Of a stretch of 64,000 nucleotides of DNA, positions 42,601 to 56,219 are shown in pieces. Position 1 is the stretch's first letter; each line of letters begins with the position of its first letter. The notes beneath the pieces are model-generated. The model saw nothing but the letters and a program-made list of their open reading frames with translations, searched no databases and had not been told where the DNA came from. The stretch comes from Lama guanicoe (Eukaryota): assembly GCA_013239625.1 (NCBI GenBank), contig MU053934.1:5288399-5352398 (forward strand), written 5' to 3'. The position numbers and the translations under genes were made by a program.

Positions 42601-45600
42601 GCTGAGGCTGCGTGCGACAGTCCAGATGAAAACAGTCTAGCCCGTGTGCACCAGTGAATTGTCAATCTTTAGACCTCAGCAGTCAGAAAACGGGGTGCCG
42701 TTTGCATACTGCGCCACACCCCCTCTGCATTCTTACCCACAAGCACAGGGTGTCCACATGGTCTAGAAACAGGCAAGTGTATAAAATGTTGTCAAGGACT
42801 TCATCATCATCATGAGTCTATTAAAAAACAGGATATGGTATGTATTTCCAGAGCTAGTGCACACCCTGTGACAAGGCCAGTGCCAAAGGTGTGTGTGTTT
42901 TCAGAGATGGTCCCCAGTTGTCAATGGTGATGTTGTTTTCTTGACCTTAAATCTGATAAGGGAGGTACTGGCATCGCATTCTTTATTTGAAATAATTATC
43001 AACTTCAAGAATCTCTTAACACAGTTAACAATGTAATAAAAATTGAACAATAACCCTCTCCATCCTGCCCACCTTGCCTCCCCCTGCTTGCTCACAAGCA
43101 TCTGCAGGACGGTGAAGGGTGCACAGTCAGGACACAGGGCTCCTTCCCGCCCCACCCCGGCTGGGCTTCTCTGCTCCCCTCAGGCCGGGTCTCAGACTAC
43201 ATCTGGAGGAATCACCCAGTATTCAAACATCTGAGTAGTTCTTTAACTGTCTGTCTCCTGTAGTAACCTCCTACCACGACCGAAATAAGAACAGTAAAAG
43301 CGATTGAAACTGCCAGTGTTTGCCTCACAGAATTTAAATCGTTTCCCTTCCACTTAGCTATACACCTGAACTTGTTTTTAATGACAACTGTGCACACCAG
43401 GAAAGATGGTTCTGCCCTGACCAAAAGGTCTCTGCAAGATTCAGTCGTTGGTTCTTCATTGTGACAAACACTTGTTTTGTTCATGGGAGGAGAAAGGTCA
43501 GATAAAGGCAAGAAGTGTTGTTTTAAGTTAAAAGGAAATAGTGTTTCGCTAAAGCACTTTGTGCCTCAATTTCATTTTCAAACTATGAATCATTGCTCTG
43601 AAAGTAAATTCCCAATTGGAATTGACCAATTTGGAGCCAATATTAATAAGCTGGGATTGTTTTATCAAGAAGTGAGATTCTTCTTTACTGCTCACGGTGA
43701 GCAGCAAAAGAGAAACTGTCGAGTAGCTTCCAGTGTCGTGACGCAAAGTGCTTTCCTTCCCTTCCCATCGCCTGCATCCCTGGACCTCTCACCGCCTCTG
43801 GGTTCCTTTTCCCCAGGCTCACGAAAAGCGCGCAGTCCTCGGAGGGCTGGGTTGTGAGCAGTGGCGGGAGGGGAGGAGCAGCCTTCCTTCAGGACTCACC
43901 CTCCAGCAGAGCTTTATGGAGAGGAAAATAGTGTGTCCTACGTATAAGTTCACCAAAAATGAAAAAGTGGGGGATTTCTACAAAACAAAAACCTTTGGAA
44001 CCCTTGAAGTTACATACCTTTTAAAGGTAGTATAATTTTTCACCAAGTGATGCGTTCAGCATGACACTTCTTGCCAGAAATTTCAGGATAAGTTAGAATA
44101 AATGTGTTTAAAACACCACCCCTACCTACCCCCTTTTTAATTTTGTCCAAGGGAATTGATTACCTAAGTGGTAATATTTCTGAATGTGCCTTTGTGAGTT
44201 CAGAGATCGTCTGTTTTAGGAAGAACCTATCCATTGGGATAAAACAGAAAGACGGTCAGCTTAGTCTTTAGGGAAGTCAGCATTTCTCCTGGCCGTCCGC
44301 AGGGGCAGCTGTGGAGTGTTCATTAGCATCAATATTGCACAGTGTAGAGTCGGGGGAAGGGGCTCTAGGACTTGGGAGAGGGGGTGATGAGGTGATGGTG
44401 CACAGGTGACAGAGACCAGGTTAGTCCAAGAGTGCAGGTGGACCTTTCCTATCTGCATTGCCTAGTTCTCTTCGTGTATATGTGTGTGCGTGCGTGGCTG
44501 TGGCTGTTTGAGTTTTCGTCTTTCTGTAAGCACTGGAGAACTGAAATATGGTGATGTTTGTGACACATGCACATTGAGAAGGCTTTTTCCAGCTCCTGCC
44601 ATGTGCGGAGCAGGCAGCGAATTTCCACCCTTGAGTCTGTGTCCTGGGAAGACGATTCTTTTCCCAAATGGAAGTCATATGATGTTGCTGTTTATGCGAA
44701 CAGGGTATTACACACAAGGAAAAGGCTTTTGAGAGAATAAGATTGAAGCATTTGAGAAAGAGAAAAATCTGAAATCATATTTTATTTCTTCAGAACGATG
44801 ATAGTTAAACATAGAAATCTGCAGTGTCTCTTCTTTTGTTTTATGTTTGTTTTAAACAATTCCACCTCTTCTCCCCGCTCCCTATCTTCTAAAGAAATAG
44901 CAAGTGAATGCTAAGGGCCATTTCCATAATTCCTCAGAACTCCCCAAAGAGGAAAACAGTCCCTCCACGAGATTCCTTCAGCTTCATTCAGGAAGACACA
45001 GGGAGGAGAGATGCTGCAGCTTCCGGGCTTCACTCTCATTCCTCTCTAATGGCCTTGAAATGTATTATTATGCAAATGTGAATTTTGATACTGAATTTAA
45101 GAAGAGGTTGTTGGATTTTTCTTTTTTCAAAAAAAAAAAGATCCCATATGTGGTCATCATTGCTTCTTTATTTTGTAACGTGAATTGTAACTATGCATTC
45201 TGCAAAGAGGGGGGAGGAGAGGGCAGAAAGGGGAAGGAAGTAGCTTTGCATCCTTGTTCTACAGTTTCTGTGTCCATGGTATCCCCCCCCACGTGCTGGC
45301 AGGGAAGGGGAGTGAGAGCAGAGGCAGTAAGGTCGGCACAGTGAGGTAGAACGAGACCTCTGTCCGCCGGCCCACCTGCCGGCCCGGCACAGTCTGGGGG
45401 TCCTGCGGTTCTGTCAGCCCGTGTGGTCCCGGAGTCTCCGTCTTAGCCGTGCAGTGTTAACCTGGTGCAGTGGTGGGGCCCCAAAGGCTCCAGTGTTCTC
45501 TGGAAAAAAGTACTCGTCCTTTCCTGAATTCAGAACCCTTTCAAGCTCAGGAAACCATGCCTCACTCTGCTGACCTTAATCCTTATGTCAATTTCAAAAA

Positions 45601-48600
45601 AAGACCTCCTCCTCCTCCTCCTCGCTCCATTTTAATTTTTCTTTCTTCTTTCTTAATCGTTTTTAAGTGAATTGAATTATAAGGAAACTCTCTGGCTCTG
45701 TGGGGCAGGAGACTGTTGCTTGATGGTCCTCTTCCCCGTCCACGACCCTCAGCCGCGCGTCAGCTCCCTGCTTCCTTTGCATCTGTGAAGCTGCGTGTAG
45801 CTGTGAGCAGTGAGGTGTCCGACCCGGGAGAGCCTGCAGCCTCCTCTTTGTCCTCACAGAAGCGCTTTGCTGATCTTGCCTGTGGTGAGTCGTGGCGCCT
45901 GCCCTGCTCTGGTCTAGGCATTATTTGCAACACACAGTATCGTAAGCGAGAGATTGTTCTGCCCACAGTCAGTGTTTCCGTGTGGTGATGTTCACAGTAC
46001 TGTAACGAGTAACAGACTTGATCACAGTCTCCTCGTGCCCCTGCAAGGCTGCAGAGGCACCATCTTATCAGGGTTCCAATCTGCTAGATTGCCTTTAGAC
46101 AAAAAAAAAAACAAAACAAAACAAAAAAATGAAATTCTGACGTTTCAACTGTCTAACACAAAACAATACCTCGAGGTACATTTCCCCTGCAGTGTAGACC
46201 CTTAACTCCCCTCTCCTTTTCTGACATCAGTGGGTTATCCTTTTAAAAATATGAATGTGTAAATAGCAGGATAACTTTTACAATTTTTTCTTTGCTGTGA
46301 AAGTAACCCTAAAATATATTTTCTCCTTTTTTTTTTAAGCCATCATGTTTGAGAGGAGAAAAGCAGAACAGGTCAGGGGAGTGGACTTACATTTGTGGGG
46401 TGGTGGTCTCTCCGTTGCCTCCCGTACACAGTGACAGCAGACCAGCGTTTGTACCATTGTGAGTAGGTGCCACCTATTCCGGCTCTAGGTCCAGGGTGGG
46501 GAGTGTCTGGATTCCTCTCTTTCAGAAGGTCCGCCACCTCCAGGGACTCCGGAGTTTTCTCTGCCTGAGACCTTGAACTCTCGGCCTTTCTTGGTTCGCA
46601 CACACACGTACATGCACGCACACTTTGAGTTACTCAGTCGCATCCTGTAGGTCATAAAGAGAATTAGTCCCTGGCATTTCAATGTTGTGCTTTAGAATTC
46701 ATAGCCTTGTCAAGTTGTGATGCTCCGGAAATGAATTGATTTCTTACTTAGCTGGGAGCTCATCTGAGACAGGCAGACGACCTCCCTGAAAGGCGCGTGC
46801 AACCCTCAGATGCTTCTCCCTCCATGAGGCTTGAAGCTGACACTAGGTAGACAGAAAGAAGTTTCACAAGTGCTGCTTGTAGGGACGTGTCAGCTACTGC
46901 TCTCTTAGATTCAGGCACCCACGAGGCAGGGTCAGAATGGGTCCTTTTGAACAGCTTCTCCAGCAACCCCCAGCTCCCCCCATCTTAAAGGTAAACCCTG
47001 TATCTGTCAAGATGCCCTTTTTTGAGCTCGCTCACCTTGTACAGTGACGATGTCCTTTGAGGGGAAGAAGCATGCTACTAAACACGCGTTCACCGCCCGC
47101 CTGCTGATCTGGGCGCCGCTGGCCTTCAGGGTTTATTTCTGTTGGTTGTGTGGAGGCCCCTTTTCTGTCCATCTCCTTCTGCTGATCCTTCCTGAGTTCT
47201 CCCTGCCCTTCTGTCCCGTACACCGGAGGCTCCCTAAGGGCTTTGCTGGTTTCTGCACTTCTGTCCTGGGACACTCCCCCCACCACCCTTTGCACACACC
47301 AGTGACCAAAGTGTGTCCAGTGATCTCACAGAAGACATCAAAAAACGGTGCATGCACCGTGGGTGTGCTCACAGACACGCGCACAGACTCTGCGCCCTTG
47401 GCCTTAACCTCAGGATGACTTACGGTGCAGGAACATTTTTAACAGGTTTTAAAAAAATTTAAAAAAATACCCTTCTGGGAGGAAAAAATAAAGCAGACAC
47501 AACAGCTCAACTGTGCCCACTCCTGACTCTCCACCATTTGCTTACAACTTACTCTGTGCCCACCCCACCCCATCCCTGTTTTGAGTAACCAAAAACAGAT
47601 AACAGAAGCAACCTGAGGAGAGGTTTCTGGACTATTTTATCTTTCTCCATGTAGATGGAGATATATATGCTGCTTTGGGTTCCATAATCCTAGGGGGCTA
47701 TGTTTACATAGTAAAATACATCCTACCAAATCAGGAAACTGAGTAAGGAAATCTCTGCAGTCAGAGTTAGGTCTCTGATGGTGAACAAGAGAAGCGAGGG
47801 TTCCTGGGGGTGGGGCAGAGGAGGCGAGGCGGAGAAGTACCATCTAATGGCTTGTGACACGTCGCTCCTTCCTCCTTTCTCCTCCCTTCGCTTCTCTCCT
47901 TGCCCCCTTAAAAGAAGGTGCAGAGAAGGGCATCAGAAAGAGGCTGGATCTTTAAAAGGCAGCTTTCCAACTTTGCACACAAACAGGTAACAGGAAGGTA
48001 CAGCAAAACTCCTCTCATCTGAAACACTGTCAGCAGAAACAAAACCTGTAAACATGACCCAATGGCTGCACATGTTGATGCTCTCTGCAAGTTACCTAGA
48101 AGTGTTTTGTTTTTCTTATACTTGAAATAGCTTTTACAATGTTATTTTGGTGGCTTTCTTTTCTCTCTCCTGGTGGGCGATAGAGAAAGTGAACGACGGG
48201 GTTGAAGGAAGTTTGAGGGGAGAAAAGGGAGGATATGGCATTGTCTTTTTTTTTTTTTCTTAAACATAGAGGTTTAATCAAACTCCCATATGTTGAAATT
48301 GCTCCTCATATTACTGGTTTTACATGGACACAGAAACTAGGCACTTTAGAGGTGCACTTGCATGGCAGGCTGGGCCCCCCTTTTCTATATTTTATTTTAC
48401 TTTTTTAGTATAGTGGTACTTAAAATCACTGGTTCACTTAAAAAACAAACAATAAAATGTTAAACTCTACTAATGTACAAATAAGCTGAAAAGTTGCATT
48501 TTATGTGTATTTTTTGCCATAGCAGGTACTGTATTTCTCATGCTGGATTTCAAAAAAAAAAAGTCAAAAACAAAAAAAACTAAAGGGTGGTCTTTTATTG

Positions 48601-48876
48601 GATTGTGACAGGTTGAGTAATAAGGAATTAAGTCGTCGTCATTTCATTAAAACTGAGAGATGATGTAATGCATATATAAGAGTTTTCTGAAGGGTTTTTT
48701 TGGGCTTTTAAACAGCTTATTTTTGTTTTTGTTTAGTTTTTTATTTTATTTTATTTTGGAAAGATATGATTGTATTATGTGCAACTCAGTTGCTTACATT
48801 ATAACTACAAAATATTTTTGGGTTCCTGGAAAAAAAAAAAGAAAAAAGACTAATAAATGTGTTTGGCTGCTAAGCA
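36697..48876 (+). other. TNRC6B: Very long (~12.2 kb) TNRC6B 3' UTR
   Basis: Non-coding, with U/A-rich blocks and no interspersed repeats recognised by eye; ends at a canonical poly(A) site; agrees with the long UTR recalled for mammalian TNRC6B. End position is inferred. Confidence 0.8.
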
Positions 48877-48900
48877 TTTATTGTGGTTTCCTGTTTTATT
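48852..48900 (+). terminator. Distal cleavage/polyadenylation site of TNRC6B
   Basis: AATAAA at 48852-48857, CA at 48875-48876, followed by a GU/U-rich element (tttattgtggtttcctgtttt); upstream TGTA motifs and U-rich tract. Confidence 0.75.
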
Positions 48901-50899
48901 CTGCCAATTTAATTTGCTCATTTGTTGAATGTTTATATTTTTTCTGCTCTTCTTCCTCTCCCTGCTGCACACATAAAAGCTATCTGAAATTCAGCATCTG
49001 AACTGGGCCTCAACTTTATCTGCTTTGTCTTGTTATGTTTTTGTTGTCGGGGTTGTCAGGTTGGCCTGATCATGCTGGGTTTTGTGCTCCTTGCTGTCTG
49101 CCCAGCTGTTGGGTTTAGATTCTCTGAAAGAAGTTGATAATCTCCTGCTGCCTTTTGTTGTTGTTGTTGTTGTGTTTGGCGGGAGAAAACTGGGGTACGG
49201 ACAAGAGGGAAGATGCCTGCTGCAGCCCAGAAGAGGACCAGCTCGGCGGGGAGCCACCGGCCGGGCCCCTGCCCTGCTCCGAGGGCTCGCCCAGAGGAGC
49301 AGGAGAGCCTTACCCTAAAGGCGAGGTTGTTCCCACCTGAACAGTTCCTTATTTATTGTTAGTTGCTAGAGACTTGTTAAAATGCGATCATGAAATGCCT
49401 CGAATGGCACAGGGGAAGAGTGGAAGGGAAACTTCTGTTTTCTAGTTCCCAGGTAACGTGTCTGACTTAATTCTCAGAATGCTGTGTGACACAGACGGAT
49501 AGCAACAAACCTACTTCCTGAAGAAACTGCAGCTCAGCATAATTTAAGTAGTGGTAGTAACACTGAGTGCTTGCTGTAAGCTGGGCACTGCTCTAAGCAT
49601 GTTATATAAATGTTCACTCGTTTAATTGAAACTTGTCTCAGTCACCATACTAGGAACCCAGATTGGATTCGAAAGTTATCATGCCAAAATGCCTCTGCTG
49701 AAAACCACCTGGAATTCTGAGAAAATGGTCTTAAGCAAGTCTGTTGTGCAAAGTGGTAGGCCATTTACCATACAATTCTTACCATAAGATAAGTAAACAT
49801 TGGGAAATGAGAGGTGAACTAGATGTCAACACCCTGAGGGCCTGCCTGTATCAAGTAAGTACTGTTTTTTTGAGGACTAGAGGTCATTGCAAAACCTGTG
49901 AAGACCTTTATCACCAAAGACTTCATTTTAAATTTGGATATTTTGAAAATGCATAAATGGCTAAAGGTGGGGCCATTATAGACTTGAAGATGGTTGTTGA
50001 GACATGAGTGTCTGACTCAGCCTTCCTCACCGCTACATGCCCTGCCATCACCTTAGGTGACTTCAGATCCACTTGGAAAATCCATCCTAATGGCCAGGCT
50101 GCTGCACTCCTTCCTTCAGTCAGTCCAGCCACACACTCCCATACTCGCCCAAAATTGCACCCCTCAAGAATCACTTAATTTCAGCATCCTTGACCTTGAC
50201 CCCCTGTCTTCCCAGCTGGTTCTCCCAGCTGGTTCCCCCTCCTCTTTGCCTTTGTTTTGACCTCACCAGCCATTCCAGGACGCTGGCCTGTCTACTTCCT
50301 TCCACTCAGTCAGTCCTCTCCTTTTTCTCACTTCCTCCCTAATCCAGTTTAGATTTTATAGCCCATAATTTTAATAATACAGTTGCTAAAATCCCCACTT
50401 TGAAAAACCCTATTTTCTATTTTGCACCAGCCAAAAAAGCATCATTAACTACGGGGCAAATAAGGACTCCTGTGAATCCACTGTAACCAACCAGCAATGA
50501 GACCTTGACCCCCAGCAAGCATCCTGTGTGTACCAATACATGGAAAAGATCAGAGGTATCTGGAAGGTGCCCCGAGACTCCTTCCAAATTACAGAGAGAT
50601 GCTTCCCCCTTAAGTGCTGGTCCCTCCAGTGCTTGAGATCCTTTCCCTTCCTGCCCCCTTGGCTACTTTTAACTCCATTCTCTCTTCAGCTGATCAGCTG
50701 GAGTCCTTGCCAGTCCACGTGCTCAAATCCATCCCATGGTCAACACCTTCTGTGGGCCCACATTCTAGTTCCTCCCTTGCCAGCTGCTGTCCCATTTTTC
50801 TTCTCAAGAAATTCTCTCCTTCCTGGTTCTCTTCCAGCCTGGTTTCTGCCTCTATCAGCCCCCTGAAAGAGCTGCCTCTAAGGCACTAGCAACCCCCCT

Positions 50900-53190
50900 A
50901 GTCCAGTGGAATGACCACTGCCTCCGGACACCACAGCCCCTAGGTCTCCCTTTATGCTCTAACCTGTCCTTTACCTCCCATGTCGCTTTCATCCTCATAC
51001 CTGGCTGTGAAATGTTGGATTTCATCAGCTCTCACATCCAGGCCCTCCTTCGTTCTCGCTGTGCTAACACCCTGGACAGTGTCATCCACCTCGCTGGCCG
51101 CCTCTCTTACTCTCCTTTTCCCTCTGACTGAGCTCTAATTTTGGCGTGGCCCTGGGCCCCATCCTGAATTTTGTTTTCTAGTCAGGCTTCTCTCCCTAGA
51201 TGAGTTCACCTGGTCGTGTGGTTTTAAATACAACACATGTCCAAATTACATCTCCAACCCTGGACTTCCTAATCTGTCTATCCAACTGACTAACTGCCTG
51301 TCTACTTCTAAATCCACTGGGCAAATCCCTCCACCCTCCTTGTCAAATCTCCTTCTTCCCCGGTCTTTCCCATCTCAGTAAATGGCACTACTGATCACCT
51401 GACTGTTCACACCCACAGCTTCTCCACATGGCTTATTTAGTCCATACTAAACATAAACCCTCAAACAGTCCACATCCCTCACATCTCACCACAACTAACT
51501 CTTGGGTCCAACCACCTAGAGCACTGTAGCAGCTACCTAGAAGTCTGCCATCTTTCTCTTGACCCCACCCCAGACTCTTCTCTGTTCATGCCTCTACCTT
51601 TCAGTGGTTTCTCTTGCAGTTAAAATCCAAACTCCATACCATGGCCCATAAACCCCACACAAATCCCATGTACGGTCGCATTCCCTCTGACCTCCCAGTC
51701 GCAGTCTCAGACTAGCCCTGTCAGCTTTCCCTTTTTCTTAATCACAACAATTTCATGCCCACCTTAACGCCGTTATATTTATTTTCCCACTGCCTGGAAT
51801 GCTCTTTTCCCTGTATCTTTGTGTAGTCTCTGATCAAATGTGAGGTCTTACTTGATTATTCTTTCAAAAAAATAGTTGTCACCACCTCCACCCCCACCCT
51901 AAGCTGCTCTGTGCTCTTGTCCTGCTAAAGTTTTTTTTTTTAAGCTGAAAGAATTTTATTGTTAGCACTTGTGTATCAGCCACCTAGATCCTGTCATTAA
52001 CATTTTACTATACTTGTTTTATCATATATTTACCCACCTGTGTATCCATCAGTCACTCCTTTTATGCACTTCAAAGTAAATGCTAACATCAGTGTGCATC
52101 CCTCTAAATACTTAAGTAGGAATATCATTTGCTACAGTTCAACATTGGTTTTGTTTTTTCTTTGATATAAGATTTATATTCCATGAAATGTACAAATTTA
52201 ATTTACATTTGCTAAACTTTTACAAATGCTTGTGTTTAACCCAAACCATTATCAAAATACAGAACGTGACCATCACCCGAGAGGATTCCCTACGCCCTTT
52301 CCCAGGCAGCTCTGATTTACCCTCCTGGGCTTTGTCCTACTATATTTTCTTCATAAAACTTATCACTTTCTAAAATTATCTTGTTTAGTCTCTGTTAGCC
52401 ATCTCCCTCACTGGAATGTAAGCACCAAAAAGGGCAGAATTCTTTTCTGTGTTGTTCACCAGCTCCAAATCCTGAAACCTCCTATGGCTTTAATTACCAT
52501 CTACATGCTAATAGCTGCTAAATTTGTATTTGCAACCATTACTGAGCTCCAGACTTGTATATATAATTGCCTACTCAGCATTTTGAAACACCTGGCTATC
52601 TTAATCGCTCTGCAAACTCAATAAATTCAAAGAGAAGTCCATCCTGCCTGTTGCACCCCCTCTCACCCCATGATAAATGGCATTACCATGCTTTCAGTGG
52701 TAAAACTTAGAAACATAGGAGCATCCTTACTCCGCATGACTAAAACCCATCACCAAGCTGGATGGATTGCACGTCTTAAATTAATCTCTTCCTTTTCTTC
52801 ATTTCCTCTGCCACTTACTTCCTTTGTCTAAATTAGATCACTGACAGCCTGAATCTACTGCATTAGCCCAGCTGGTTTCTCACTTGGCCTTCACTCCAGT
52901 TCCCCTGCCCCCAATCCATTCTACACATAATAGCTGAGATATTTTTCAAAACATGAATCTGATGGAGTCATCCTCTAGCCTAAAACCTTTTAGTGGTTTC
53001 CCATTGCTTAGAATAAAACCCCCAAATATCTTTATTTCCAACTAGGTTCAGATGGTCTGGCTTCCATCTACTTCTCCAGATTTACCTCCCTCTCTTCTCT
53101 CCCTCTCCACTCTAGCCTCATCAGCTGACCACTACATCTCAGGCCTAATACAATGCTTGGCACACGTTATGCACGATTGTGAAATGAACC
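50900..53190. mobile_element. Intergenic cluster of degraded L2 and old L1 fragments
   Basis: L2-like pyrimidine-rich motifs (catctcagtaaatggcac, taaaatccaaactcc, cactgcctggaatgctctt) plus an L1-like stretch at ~52150-52310; boundaries approximate. Confidence 0.55.
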
Positions 53191-54645
53191 ATCCTAAAGG
53201 ATAGCAGAACATCACATCAAGAATTTAAGAAACTAGGTATTTTTAAAGCCTGAAATAAAAACAGAAGGGCAGATGTAAAACTCCTGATTTAGAGATGTTG
53301 TTGTAGCTAACAGTGACAACCAGCGGGAAGTGTCTAGGTGGCCTTTGAAGACTGAGAACCAAAGCTCTGGAGAACCCCGTGGACTCAGAAGGTAAGACCT
53401 GCAGATGTGCAAGCATTTTCTAAGGGGAGTGAAGGTGAATTAAGTCTTGAGGAAATTCCCACTGCTTCCTTTTCCAGGAGTGAGAGGAGGAAGGATCACC
53501 GAAGTGCAGTCACAAAGGGAGAAGAATCAGTACAGTTTAGTTTTCAAAGCAGGAAGGAGGGGTTATCAAAAAAGCTAAATGTTTCAGTCAGCCAAGAGGG
53601 ATGATTTAGTACCCGGGGGGGGGGGGGAACTAGCTCAAAAATCAAAATGATTTAAAGATGTACATTGGGATGCTTTTTGTGTTCTTTCCCAGCCCATCCT
53701 GTTTCCTGCGTGTCTACCTGCCCCCACCATAGACTTTATTAGTGATTCTGTATGCAAATAGGCAAACATATATATTATGGAAAGAACCTACTGTTTATTA
53801 GAGGAAGTTATTGGTGATCAGTGAGAGTGCAGTTTAGAGGAAATGAGAGAGACAGAGGTTGCACTGCAGTGATAAGGAATACATCAGGGAAGGGAACAAA
53901 TTTACTGAATACAGGAGCCCCAGACCTCTCGCTGTACACCTGGGGATCATGAGGCATGTCTTACAGGTGAGAATATCCAAGTGCCAAGAGACTGAGTAAT
54001 TGCCCAAGTCGCACAGCTAATAACTGGCAGTGCCAGGAATGGTTGTTGATCCTCACGTGGATTTAACCAGATCATGTGGTGAAGAGGCAGCCAGAAACAG
54101 GTTTCTGTGTTAAGGAGATAACAGCAAGTGAAGATGTTTCTATAGTGGAAGAGACCTGTGCATTTAAAAAAGATAATAATAATCAAAGGAGAAGAGAGGC
54201 AGAACTGGAGAGACTGCAGATTTGACATAAAATAATTGAAACAACAAGATCCTTCACTGAATGAAGAGACAGAATGAAGGCAGGAACTCCTACTGGAGGA
54301 GGAAAAGTAACAGCAAAGTGAAGCAGAGCCAGGAGAGAGGCCAGAAGACTGAGGAGACAGTTGAGTTCGCAGTAGTCACAGTGGAAAGTGAGAGCAGTAA
54401 GCTCAGTGCAGCACAGCAAAGCAATGACAGCCCTGAAGCACTCTGCAACAAGTGGGAATTTGCAGGGAGCAGTCTTCATCTTTCCAAAGTTGTCTGCCCT
54501 CACCCCCAAAACCAATCCTCGGCAGCTCCAGAGGGGAGGTGGAAGAAGACCCAGGTGGTAAGCCCAGGTTAACTGATGGGCTTCTTCGATGGCAGGGTAT
54601 TCCAGAATTGGTGCTGCAGTCACTTCTGACAATTCTCAAGCCCAG

Positions 54646-54749
54646 GTGGAGACACGAAGGATCTATGGAATGAGGACACTGGAGAAATGTGAGAGATGTG
54701 CAGACATGAAGGATCTATGGAATGAGGACACTGGAGAAATGTGAGAGAC
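54646..54749. repeat. Two-copy tandem duplication, period 52 bp
   Basis: Identical 41-mer gaaggatctatggaatgaggacactggagaaatgtgagaga at 54656-54696 and 54708-54748. Confidence 0.97.
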
Positions 54750-56219
54750 TGTGGGAAGAGGAAGTGCAACTTCAGGATCAAACTTGCGCCTTGGTGACTG
54801 GGCCTTGCTTCCCTTTGTGCGCTAAGCTCCTTCGGGCAGCATTCATTCACCCAGCACTTATTGAGCACCTATGCTATGCTAGTCCTGTGTTAGATCCACC
54901 TGCCAGGGACACGGCTGATCACGACAGACGTGACCTCCACCCCCACTGAGTTTGCCATGGATGGGAAAGGCAAACAACACTGAACTCTGGTGAGAGTTAT
55001 GAGAAAGGCCTATAAGAAGCCAGGAGGTCACTCATCATCTATAAAATCCCAGAGGTGAGGAGGGAGAACACTACAGGGTGGTCCATAGGTGTGTGAATAA
55101 ATCGTAAATAAACTAACACAAATGGAAAGGTGACAGGAAAAGAAGTTGTCAAAGACAAGATCTTGGAAGTCTTGAGATCTAATCAGCAACTTTTAATATC
55201 CCTAAAGTATTATGGTTACCGGAAAAAGGGCTGTTCACATAAGCAAACAAGCTGAGAATTCAAAACAGACCTCTCCTGATAGACACTCCGAAACAGGTAA
55301 TTTCAAAGCAGCACAGGACCTGCTACTGTAGTGCAAAGGAAAGGGTACATCTGAATCTGGTAAGAACCAAGAGCCTGGAGCCTGCCCCCTGCATTTAACT
55401 CCTAGCTCTTGCCCTTCTATATAAGCAGTCACACAAGAATTCAACCTGCTTGCCTTTGTTTTGTCATCTGCAAAATGGAGATCATGATAATGGCTGGCAT
55501 TTACTGAACACTTACTCTGCACTGGAGAGTAGTAGTGTGTTGTATTGTATCATTTAATAATACCTGAAGAACTCAAGGATCCTCACATGGATTTAACCAG
55601 ATCAGGTGTGTAAAGCACTCAGGACAGGACCTGATACCTACTGAGACCTCCGTAAACGTTAGTGGTTTTATTCTTAGTGGCCTACCAGAGGGAAGAGTAG
55701 GACCATCAGGGAACATTTTCTGGACTGGGCCTTTAAGTATGAGGTAGTGAGGGAGAGGTGTTCCAGGATGACAGGGAATGCCATACCCAGCGTGCTGGCT
55801 ACATAATGGCTAACAGTGCAGGATCTGAAGTCGGGCGGCTCCACTTATTAGCTGGGTGACCCTCTGCAAGTCATCAGCTTCTAGGAGTCTCAGTTCCAGC
55901 GCTTGCTGAAATCCATTTTTACTACAGTTTCCTGCAAGGGGCTCACTTGGCACTCAATGAATGCCGATTTCCCTTGGGCATCTTGTTTTCTCCTGAGAAC
56001 TGCGCTGGTCGCCAGGCAGGTGGGCGACAATAATAATAGCAAACACACAAGAGGGCTTTCTGAGTGTCCCAGACATTGATACTCAATCTTCAGAGCAATC
56101 TTAAAGGCAGGTCTTAATGTACCTTTTTTCAGGTGGGGAAAGCAAGACACAGAACTGTAAGTAACTTGTGAAGCGCTAATCACGTTGTCTGTCAACGAAG
56201 AGAAACTCCTAAAACCTGA

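Noticed and set aside
53615..53627. G13 homopolymer
   Set aside because: Isolated intergenic run with no functional context; its length is prone to sequencing error
4062..54749. CRISPR-like or other repeat-spacer arrays
   Set aside because: Only two-copy duplications are present; the DNA is eukaryotic with no cas genes
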